Of a DNA stretch of 64,000 nt, positions 47,155-54,862 are shown in pieces (the stretch's first letter is position 1; every line of letters begins with the position of its first letter). Under the pieces are notes generated by a model. It saw only the letters and a list, made by a program, of their open reading frames with translations. It was not told where the DNA came from and searched no databases. A program made the position numbers and the translations under genes. Location: contig DACE01000041.1 of assembly GCA_002494645.1 (NCBI GenBank), positions 4,389 to 68,388 of the forward strand. The letters are read 5' to 3'. This DNA comes from Euryarchaeota archaeon UBA256. Its GTDB lineage: Archaea > Thermoplasmatota > Poseidoniia > Poseidoniales > Poseidoniaceae.

Positions 47155-48065
47155 TGGATGTCAAACAGGTACTTTCCTTCATCAAAGTGGAGCACACTCT
47201 ATTTTCGCTCCCCTTCGTACTTGTGGGATATTTCATCGCCCTCAATCAGTTCAATCTTAACATCGGGATTGATTTGATTTGGATTCTGCTTGCCGCGGTT
47301 GGAGCGCGAGGTTTGGCGATGGCACTGAACCGAATTATCGACCGTGATATTGATGCCGCAAACCCCCGAACCGAACAGCGACATCTCGCCTCTGGCTCCA
47401 TGTCCGTCCAAACAGCTTGGGGATTGGCTGCCGTCTTCCTTGTGATGCTGCTTGTAAGCGCTGGCATGCTCAACAGAGTAGCGCTGATGATGGCTTGGCT
47501 TCCGGTTCTTACTTTCGTCATCTACCCTTACATGAAGCGATTTACATGGCTGTGTCACTTTTGGCTCGGCCTCTGTTTGGGACTTGCCCCTGCAGGCGCA
47601 TGGGTCGCCATAGCAGCCGATGTCCACGGATGGGAAGCAATCACAGGCCTCAATGGAGTAGATGCGAACTGGTTGTGGGTTCAAACGATTCTTCCCGTAT
47701 CCGTTGGAGTTGCATTTTGGATTGCTGCATTTGACATCAATTATGCTCGAATGGATGTTGAGCACGATCGGGAACAAGGCATTCATTCCTTCCCCTCAAC
47801 CTTTGGTGATACAACAACGACTCGTACGACCGTTCAACTGACCTTGCTCTGGTTTGCTTGCTTTGCGATTTCCGACCCGATGGATGGAATATGGTTCTTG
47901 GCTGCTGCGGGACTGATGGCGTTGGTGAACATCTGGGTCGTTTTGCGCATGAATCAATTTGCTGATTTCCAAACGGTCCTCTTTCGAGCGTCAATGCTCA
48001 CCGGATGGGTGCTGTTGGCATCGCTTCTCTTGGGCTTTGCGAGCGAGCCCCCGCTGACGGCTTGA
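47154..48065 (+). CDS. ubiA: UbiA-family aromatic prenyltransferase
   Basis: NRIIDRDIDAANPRT (NxxxDxxxD) and second Asp-rich motif FDINYARMDVEHD. 8-9 TM helices. ATG overlaps the ubiD stop (TGATG). Confidence 0.85.
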   Translation: MDVKQVLSFIKVEHTLFSLPFVLVGYFIALNQFNLNIGIDLIWILLAAVGARGLAMALNRIIDRDIDAANPRTEQRHLASGSMSVQTAWGLAAVFLVMLLVSAGMLNRVALMMAWLPVLTFVIYPYMKRFTWLCHFWLGLCLGLAPAGAWVAIAADVHGWEAITGLNGVDANWLWVQTILPVSVGVAFWIAAFDINYARMDVEHDREQGIHSFPSTFGDTTTTRTTVQLTLLWFACFAISDPMDGIWFLAAAGLMALVNIWVVLRMNQFADFQTVLFRASMLTGWVLLASLLLGFASEPPLTA

Positions 48066-48133
48066 GGGGCGAGCCATTCATCTACAGGGAAGTGGAATGG
48101 AAGATTCATGAGCCGAATGCAACAACCCGGTGT

Positions 48134-48514
48134 ATGAACCCCATTGTTGCATCGTTGCTTGAGTTTAATCAGGCTTTTGAAATACCGAAACTCGACGCTC
48201 CAGGTCTTGGTCCAGACGAGATGATTGAACTCCGAATCAAACTCCTGCGTGAAGAAGTGGAAGAATACGCAGAAGCAGCTCGGGCTGGCGACATGGTCGA
48301 AATCCTTGATGCCCTAGCCGATATTGGCTATATTCTCGCAGGAACCATCATCAATCACGGTATGCAACACGTTTACGATGATGCCTTCAATGAAGTTCAC
48401 CGCTCAAACATGGCGAAACTCGTTGACGGTAAGGTCCTGCGAAGAGAAGACGGTAAGGTCATGAAGCCTGAAGGATGGCAGCCTCCGCACCTCGCCCAAT
48501 TTCTTGAAGAGTGA
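48134..48514 (+). CDS. MazG-like all-alpha NTP pyrophosphohydrolase family protein
   Basis: LLREEVEEYAEA...EILDALADIGYIL pattern typical of MazG-like/COG4696 proteins. Confidence 0.6.
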   Translation: MNPIVASLLEFNQAFEIPKLDAPGLGPDEMIELRIKLLREEVEEYAEAARAGDMVEILDALADIGYILAGTIINHGMQHVYDDAFNEVHRSNMAKLVDGKVLRREDGKVMKPEGWQPPHLAQFLEE

Positions 48515-48563
48515 GATTTGGCACTTCACATGGTTTCATGAACGATGAGCCACTCCCTGCACC

Positions 48564-49295
48564 ATGAGCCGTCCCGTCGCCTTGGTTACTGGTGGGGGTC
48601 GCGGTATTGGTGCTGCGATTTCAGACCGTCTGGCCGCCGATGGGTACGATGTCCTTTTGACCTACAATCTCTCTTCAAAGCCCGCTGAAATGATTGTTGA
48701 CGCCATTCGTGAACGTGGAGATGATGCTCTTGCGGTCAAGGTGGACTGTGCTGATGAAGGCGAAGTTGGACTCCTCGCTCGTCATCCTTGGATGGCAAGG
48801 GGAATTGACGTATTGATTCTCAACCACGGGATCTACAATCGTGTTCAAAGCCACAAGATGACGATGGACGACCTCACGGCGACCATGAAAACAAATTTCG
48901 AGGGTGCCGTTTCTGTATGGAGTGCAGTTCAACCCTATCTGACTCAAGAGGCCAGAATGGTGGTTGTTGGCTCCCAGTTGAGTATTCGCGGCTCTCCCCA
49001 TGGCGCTGATTATTCAGCCTCAAAAGCCGCTCTTTCGGCGTGGGCTCGTTCACTCGCTCAATCGCTGGGCCCCGAAGGCAAGCGAGTGAACATCCTCGCT
49101 CCTGGTTATGTCGACACCGACCTTCTATCGGGTGATTCTGCAGAAAAACGCGCTCAGCGGGAACATGAGGTTCCACTCCAACGCGTCGGGTCGCCCGAAG
49201 ACATGGCCTCAACGGTTTCCTTCCTTGTTGGTCCCGATTCATCTTACATCACGGGTGCTATTCTCCACGTGAACGGGGGACTTTATCTCCCCTAA
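48564..49295 (+). CDS. short-chain dehydrogenase/reductase (FabG-like)
   Basis: TGGGRGIGAAI cofactor motif, YSASKAA catalytic motif, GAILHVNGG tail. Confidence 0.85.
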   Translation: MSRPVALVTGGGRGIGAAISDRLAADGYDVLLTYNLSSKPAEMIVDAIRERGDDALAVKVDCADEGEVGLLARHPWMARGIDVLILNHGIYNRVQSHKMTMDDLTATMKTNFEGAVSVWSAVQPYLTQEARMVVVGSQLSIRGSPHGADYSASKAALSAWARSLAQSLGPEGKRVNILAPGYVDTDLLSGDSAEKRAQREHEVPLQRVGSPEDMASTVSFLVGPDSSYITGAILHVNGGLYLP

Positions 49296-49317
49296 AGGCC
49301 ACATTTTCGGTGAGTCT

Positions 49318-51747
49318 ATGGTTGAAGAATGGGATGATGAAGGTTCATTTGAGCAACGGGCCAACGCCATTCCCGCCGAGGTAGACTTGAATCAGCGAGA
49401 TCCTTTTGATCTGTCCAAAGCACTGGAAGGCGCCGTACTGGAGGAATTGAATCCCTCGGTCAAGCGCTTTCACCTCCACGCAGAGTTTAATCCAGCAGGA
49501 GACCAACCAAAAGCAATTGAAAAATTGATTTCTCAATTGGAAAATGGTCAAGAACGTTGCGTGATGCTGGGCGTCACCGGTAGCGGCAAAACTTTCGCCA
49601 TGGCACACATCATTGAACATCTGAACATTCCCACACTCATCATGAGCCATAACAAGACCCTTGCAAGACAATTACATCAAGAAATGGTGGGCTATTTCCC
49701 CCATAATGCGGTTGAATATTTCGTATCACATTATGATTATTATCAGCCGGAGGCTTACCTTGCCAAACGGGACTTGTACATCGACAAAGAATTGAGCATC
49801 AACGAACGTATCGAACAGGAACGCTTTGCTGCGGTCGCCTCATTGGTGAGTCGGCCCGACTGCGTTATCGTCTCGTCAGTCTCGTGTATTTACGGTCTGA
49901 ATCCTCCCGAAACCTTCCTCGAATACCATCTTCGCGTTCATGTGGGCCAAGCCATCGAAACCAGCGACCTTCTGCGGGAACTCATCGAATTACAATACCG
50001 AAGAACGACCACCGACCTCAAGCGAGGGGAATGCCGTGTGCGTGGAGAAGTTGTTGATGTCTGGATGCCGAGTAGAGACGACCCCCTCCGTATCGTGTTT
50101 GACTTTGACGGCATTAAGAGCGTACAGATTTGTGACCCTGTCACGTGGGAAGCTCTTGATACGCTCGATGAGGCTTGGATTCACCCGAAGGAATTTTTCA
50201 TGACCAGCCCCGAACGCTTTGAGGCAGCATTAACGTCAATTGAGAAGGAATTGAACGAGCGTGCTAAGTGGTTTGCTCGTCAAGGAAGGGAGTTGGAACG
50301 CTACCGCCTCGAACAAAAAACCGAGTACGACTTAGAGATGCTCAGAGAGATTGGACACTGCCAGTCCATCGAAAACTACTCACTGCACTTTGACGGTAGG
50401 GAACGTGGCCAGCGCCCCTATTGTTTGCTCGACTTCTTTTCTGCATGCGCCAAACAATTCCATGGCGACCCGAAAAAATTCCTTGTCATCATGGATGAAT
50501 CTCACGTGAGTTTACCACAGGTTGGGGGTATGTATTTCGGTGACAAATCTCGTAAAGACAGCCTGATTGAACACGGTTTCAGACTCCCCACTGCCGCCGA
50601 TAACCGGCCACTCAAGATTCCAGAATTTCAATCACTTGTCCCACAAATGGTCTACGTTTCGGCAACGCCTGGTGAGCGCGAATTACGTCATCTCTGCGAA
50701 ATCACGGGCCAAGAATTGCCTTTGGGGCTCCTGCATGCATCTTCTGGTGGTGGTTCAGGGGAAGCTGACCTGAAAAAGAAGCACCCTGATGCAGAATCGA
50801 TGTATGAGATGGTGCAGAAGATTGACGGCATCGCCAAGATGGAATTACGTCCAACCGGTCTGCTAGACCCTGAAATTGAGGTGCGCCCCACTTCGGGACA
50901 AATCAACGACCTCCTCACTGAAATCAACGCCCGTATTGAGGCATCCGAACGATGTTTGGTTACGGTGATGACCATCAAATTCGCTGAAGAGGTGGCGGCC
51001 TATCTCAATCGCATGGGTGTCAAAGCACATCACCTGCACTCTGAAATTGATACCATCGAGCGAACAGAGATCATCAACGCTCTTCGCTTGGGCCACATCG
51101 ACGTCATCGTTGGAATCAATTTACTTCGTGAAGGTCTTGACATCCCCGAAGTCAGCCTTGTGGCGATTTTCGACGCCGATCGCCAAGGGTTTCTGAGAAA
51201 TGAGCGTAGCCTTCTTCAAACGATCGGGCGAGCCGCACGAAACGAACATGGCAAGGTTCTCTTGTATGCCGATGGATTTTCCCCTGCCATGGAGGCGGCC
51301 ATTCAGCAAACGCTTGAACGGCGTCAACGGCAGCAAGCCAATAACGATGCGTTAGGAATTACACCGCGCACCATTGTCAAATCGCTCCCCGTAATGGGCG
51401 ATTCTGTCGACGACCTCATCACTGGAACAACCACCTCAGCGGGTGGATCAAAGCGATTGATTGCGAAGAAAGGCGGCCGTAAAGATGGTGATTGGGCCCA
51501 GCGCCTGAACTTGGGAGCAGGGTCTTGGAGCGCTGCTCATGATGAAGAAAAACCAATTGGAAATTCAAATAACCAACTAACATATGATGAGCCCCACGAC
51601 CTTCCAGCAACACTCAGCAGCGAGGAGCGTGCCGACCTGGTCAACGAGTTGCGCGATGAGATGGAAATGGCAGCAAAAAATCTTGATTTCGAACAAGCAG
51701 CACGATTGCGAGATCGTATCCATGAATTGGAACGATGGCAGGATTGA
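49318..51747 (+). CDS. uvrB: excinuclease ABC subunit B
   Basis: GVTGSGKTF, YFVSHYDYYQPEAY, MDESHV, INLLREGLDIPEVSLVAI, and C-terminal UVR motif LDFEQAARLRDRIHELE. 809 aa with an N-terminal extension and internal or C-terminal inserts. Confidence 0.95.
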   Translation: MVEEWDDEGSFEQRANAIPAEVDLNQRDPFDLSKALEGAVLEELNPSVKRFHLHAEFNPAGDQPKAIEKLISQLENGQERCVMLGVTGSGKTFAMAHIIEHLNIPTLIMSHNKTLARQLHQEMVGYFPHNAVEYFVSHYDYYQPEAYLAKRDLYIDKELSINERIEQERFAAVASLVSRPDCVIVSSVSCIYGLNPPETFLEYHLRVHVGQAIETSDLLRELIELQYRRTTTDLKRGECRVRGEVVDVWMPSRDDPLRIVFDFDGIKSVQICDPVTWEALDTLDEAWIHPKEFFMTSPERFEAALTSIEKELNERAKWFARQGRELERYRLEQKTEYDLEMLREIGHCQSIENYSLHFDGRERGQRPYCLLDFFSACAKQFHGDPKKFLVIMDESHVSLPQVGGMYFGDKSRKDSLIEHGFRLPTAADNRPLKIPEFQSLVPQMVYVSATPGERELRHLCEITGQELPLGLLHASSGGGSGEADLKKKHPDAESMYEMVQKIDGIAKMELRPTGLLDPEIEVRPTSGQINDLLTEINARIEASERCLVTVMTIKFAEEVAAYLNRMGVKAHHLHSEIDTIERTEIINALRLGHIDVIVGINLLREGLDIPEVSLVAIFDADRQGFLRNERSLLQTIGRAARNEHGKVLLYADGFSPAMEAAIQQTLERRQRQQANNDALGITPRTIVKSLPVMGDSVDDLITGTTTSAGGSKRLIAKKGGRKDGDWAQRLNLGAGSWSAAHDEEKPIGNSNNQLTYDEPHDLPATLSSEERADLVNELRDEMEMAAKNLDFEQAARLRDRIHELERWQD

Positions 51748-51798
51748 CCCATTTACAATGGTGAACATCTTCATGAAGCAAAGGCGCGAGGTGTGGGT

Positions 51799-52815
51799 AT
51801 GGCGATGACACCTGAGGACTTTGACAAACCCGTCGTTGATTATGATTTTTCTAAAGCCACGACGCCCAAGGGCCTCATTGAGCAAATGGCTTCAGCAGGC
51901 GGCTTTACCGCCACGAAATTTGCAGAGGCTCGCACGATTCTCAACGACATGGACGCCGCGATAAAGGCTGTTGATGGAGACGCTACAAAGGTGACCAATT
52001 GGCTTTCTTTCCCCGCATGTTTGTGCGCTACGGGAACCCGCGGCTTTTTCGTAGAAGCGTTAAAACGCAAGATGTTCAACGTTGTTTCTACCACCTGTGG
52101 AACGCTTGACCACGATATTGCAAGGGCGTACAAGCATTACTATCACGGTTCATTTGAACTTGATGACATTGAATTAGGCGAACATTCTTTGATGCGCTTA
52201 GGGAACGTTATCGTCCCCAATGCCTCCTATGGGGAAATTATTGAAGCAATAGTGATGCCCGCTCTTGAGGATATCTACCAAGAACGAACGGCTGCGAGTG
52301 ATAAAACGGGAGCTGATGTTTGGTTGGGCTTTGGGTCTGTTCACCTCGTCTGGGCTTTAGGAGAGCGGATTGGGACGCCTGATACCTTGATTTATTGGGC
52401 AGCTAAACACCGAATTCCTGTTTGCATTCCGGGCATTACCGATGGGTCCATCGGCGCGCAATTGTTCATGTTCCGCCAAAAACATCGTGATTTCCACATC
52501 GATACACTCGCCGACGAGCAGATCATGAGTGACCTCACCTGGGATGTTGAAACATCAAACGCTCTCATGGTGGGCGGGGGCATTTCCAAGCATCACGTGA
52601 TTTGGTGGAATCAATATCGCGGTGGCTTAGACAGTGCGGTATACATCACCACCGCACCTGAGCATGATGGAAGTCTTTCAGGCGCCCGACTGAGAGAAGC
52701 GATTTCATGGGGTAAAATGCGACCTGAAGCACCCCATGTATGTGTTGAAGGGGATGCGAGTTTGCTTCTTCCTTTGTTAGGCGCAGACATTTTCAGTGAA
52801 CCCTTTGAAGTTTGA
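51799..52815 (+). CDS. dys: deoxyhypusine synthase
   Basis: Length and motifs (GFFVEALKRKMFNVVSTTCGTLDHD, GGGISKHHV) fit DHS. GTG 51793 is an alternative start. Confidence 0.88.
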   Translation: MAMTPEDFDKPVVDYDFSKATTPKGLIEQMASAGGFTATKFAEARTILNDMDAAIKAVDGDATKVTNWLSFPACLCATGTRGFFVEALKRKMFNVVSTTCGTLDHDIARAYKHYYHGSFELDDIELGEHSLMRLGNVIVPNASYGEIIEAIVMPALEDIYQERTAASDKTGADVWLGFGSVHLVWALGERIGTPDTLIYWAAKHRIPVCIPGITDGSIGAQLFMFRQKHRDFHIDTLADEQIMSDLTWDVETSNALMVGGGISKHHVIWWNQYRGGLDSAVYITTAPEHDGSLSGARLREAISWGKMRPEAPHVCVEGDASLLLPLLGADIFSEPFEV

Positions 52816-52819
52816 GCGT

Positions 52820-53620
52820 TCATCGGTTGGTCCATTCGGCTAAGAGAAGCATCAACGATTGCCTGAGAGGTGTGCGGGGATTCCATCCTTCACCCGTGTT
52901 GGCCTCGAGGAGTTCGTGGAAGCGGGTGATGTCTGGCCGTAGTGGCCGAGTATCGTGTCCACCAAGGACTTCAACCTCAATCGAAGGTCCACCGTCATCG
53001 ACGAGGTGTTTGATTTGGAAATGACCGGATTGGCCTGCGAGGGTTCGGTCGGTGAGGAGTTTGACCTCAGACCAAGTATCCTTCGGGGGCCAGTAACGGC
53101 GCCCTGCAATCCTGTAGGGTTGCAGGCCAGGGGTCATGAAAGGGAAGGCACGAAGGAGTGCTTCTGCAACATCCTGCGCACTGCACCAATAATGCCCAGT
53201 CCCTGAAAGGGGTTCGTTTTCTCCCGAAGTAGCACGTTCAAACCAATCTTCAATGGATTCACGTTCATTCTCTGCGCTGCCCGTCGACAACATATGGGTG
53301 ATGCTGATGTTGACGTCTTCGGGATGAAAGGCAGCATCGTTCTTGTCAAACTCAATGACGATGGCTTGACGACCGTCGTTGGATTGTCTCGAGCCTCCTA
53401 TGTGGATCATGACGGGGCGGTCAAATTCGTGTTCAATCATTGAGTGGGTCAGTGCTTTGGGAAAAAGTTCCAGAAGCGTAGCCAACCTCTCCTTTGTAGC
53501 GAGGTACGCTTTGTGGTCAACTGCGAAATGCACGCCCAGCGGTATACCTCGTTCAAGCAGTGCGTGAGAGAGCGGGTGTGTGGGATTGGAGAGGTGATAC
53601 CGAGTATTCTCTACTTCCAT
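52820..53620 (-). CDS. hypothetical protein, possibly a degenerate extended-SDR (epimerase/dehydratase-like) fold lacking the Gly-rich NAD motif
   Basis: The C-terminal half resembles the substrate-binding part of NAD-dependent epimerases (HYWCSAQDVAEALLRAF ... RPDITRFHELL...GWNPRTPLRQSL). No GxxGxxG at the N-terminus. Confidence 0.35.
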   Translation of the reverse strand: MEVENTRYHLSNPTHPLSHALLERGIPLGVHFAVDHKAYLATKERLATLLELFPKALTHSMIEHEFDRPVMIHIGGSRQSNDGRQAIVIEFDKNDAAFHPEDVNISITHMLSTGSAENERESIEDWFERATSGENEPLSGTGHYWCSAQDVAEALLRAFPFMTPGLQPYRIAGRRYWPPKDTWSEVKLLTDRTLAGQSGHFQIKHLVDDGGPSIEVEVLGGHDTRPLRPDITRFHELLEANTGEGWNPRTPLRQSLMLLLAEWTNR

Positions 53621-53870
53621 GTATCCTACGGACAGGGGCGACCTTGATGAATTGATTGTGTATGAAAATTATCAATTGCTTTTTTAGAAAAACAATTAGA
53701 AATATAAATGTCTAAAATCTCTTCTCAATAGGAAAAAGTGCAAAATAAGGCCGTCCTGAGCGAGTCGGGGAATGTTCTTCGGGCTGATCCCGAGGCCCCC
53801 ATGAGTCCAATTGAAAAACGAACATTATTAGAGATGGGATGATGGTGGAAATCAATATGATTTCAACGCG

Positions 53871-53937
53871 TTATGCGACATTCAAAAATTAAATTTTTTT
53901 CTATATTTCAATTGCTGGCGTAATCAATTATGCGACA
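53871..53937 (+). repeat. direct repeat TTATGCGACA (two copies, each downstream of an AATCAAT, directly in copy 2 and 15 nt away in copy 1) in an AT-rich spacer
   Basis: Copies at 53871-53880 and 53928-53937. Confidence 0.7.
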
Positions 53938-53970
53938 AATGCAATTGGAAATGATATTTTATTGTACGAA

Positions 53971-53980
53971 TATTATATTA
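53971..53980 (+). promoter_or_regulatory. TATA-like TATTATATTA upstream of the PRC-barrel gene
   Basis: About 60 nt upstream of ATG 54039. AGGAGAG SD at 54022-54028. Confidence 0.4.
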
Positions 53981-54038
53981 GGTGCCGAGTCGGAGGAGAT
54001 GATAAGCCGAACACAAATCGGCAAGGAGAGATGGGAAA

Positions 54039-54623
54039 ATGAAGAAAGAAGATTATGACATCCAGGAGTTACTCCAACGGGAAGTCTATGTGAACGACGT
54101 AAAGGTGGGTACGATTGTCGGTGAACGACATCATCCAAATGAAGCACGTGTGAAATCCATGCGAATTCAGGTAATCCCTGATGTCGCAGATGAATACATG
54201 CGCAAGCCTGCTGAACTAGCACCTTTGCCAAAAGAACTGGTCCACAGTATTCGTGGTGACGGGACAGTAAAATTGTCGAAATCAATGCGTGAACTGCAAC
54301 GACGATGGCGCAACACGGTCCGTATCGATGAAAAGTTGTACGCACCAGATGAAATGCTTGACCGAGCTGTTCTTGACAACCAAGGCGAAGAAATCGGCGT
54401 GATTACCGGCCTCTTCCGTGTCAAGCGAACCTACAAGGGCGTTATCGTATCTACACGAATGCGCATTCAAACGCAATTCGGTGTCGAAGAACAAATCCGC
54501 ATCCCGATTACTGCTCTGGCACGTACTCGTGAGCGCCTCGATGAAGTGGTACTTTCTCGAACCTTTGACAAGGTCTTGCAACTGCCTTCTTACGTTACGA
54601 TCAACAGCCTCGAAGAAGAGTGA
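54039..54623 (+). CDS. tandem PRC-barrel domain protein
   Basis: Two segments with the PRC-barrel pattern (VYVNDVKVGTIVGE... and LDRAVLDNQGEEIGVITGLF...). Confidence 0.55.
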   Translation: MKKEDYDIQELLQREVYVNDVKVGTIVGERHHPNEARVKSMRIQVIPDVADEYMRKPAELAPLPKELVHSIRGDGTVKLSKSMRELQRRWRNTVRIDEKLYAPDEMLDRAVLDNQGEEIGVITGLFRVKRTYKGVIVSTRMRIQTQFGVEEQIRIPITALARTRERLDEVVLSRTFDKVLQLPSYVTINSLEEE

Positions 54624-54697
54624 AGGCCCCGCCTTCCTCGGTTGCATTCCAAGCCGTCATGCTTATGACGGGGGGTTTGGTGGGCCGGATTACCCTT

Positions 54698-54774
54698 GCG
54701 CGGGTGGCTTAGTCGGTTAGAGCACCCGGCTGATAACCGGGAGGTCGCAGGTTCAAGTCCTGCCTCGCGCACCA
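54698..54774 (+). tRNA. tRNA-Ile (anticodon GAT) with genomically encoded CCA
   Basis: Acceptor GCGCGGG/CTCGCGC. Anticodon arm CCCGG-CTGATAA-CCGGG. T-arm GCAGG-TTCAAGT-CCTGC. Discriminator A followed by CCA. Confidence 0.9.
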
Positions 54775-54862
54775 TTTGGTGTTAATCAGCGTAGCCTGCT
54801 TGACTCAATGGCCTCGCAAAGAACATGAAGGTCCAACCGTTGCAGTTGAATGAGGGGAGCCA

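Noticed and set aside
47199-47786. 195-aa ORF antisense to ubiA, and similar antisense or alternate-frame ORFs in serS (27297..27734), pyk (10223..10741), FKBP (40421..40891) and GGR (43980..44390)
   Set aside because: All are nested in CDSs that have diagnostic motifs. None has a motif or a plausible start context.
53621-54038. Replication origin (oriC) in the AT-rich spacer
   Set aside because: There is no orc1/cdc6 gene next to it, and no long inverted ORB-like repeats with G-strings are seen. The nearby polB and GINS genes are tens of kb away. It cannot be excluded without genome-wide skew analysis, so it is mentioned only as an alternative in the finding.
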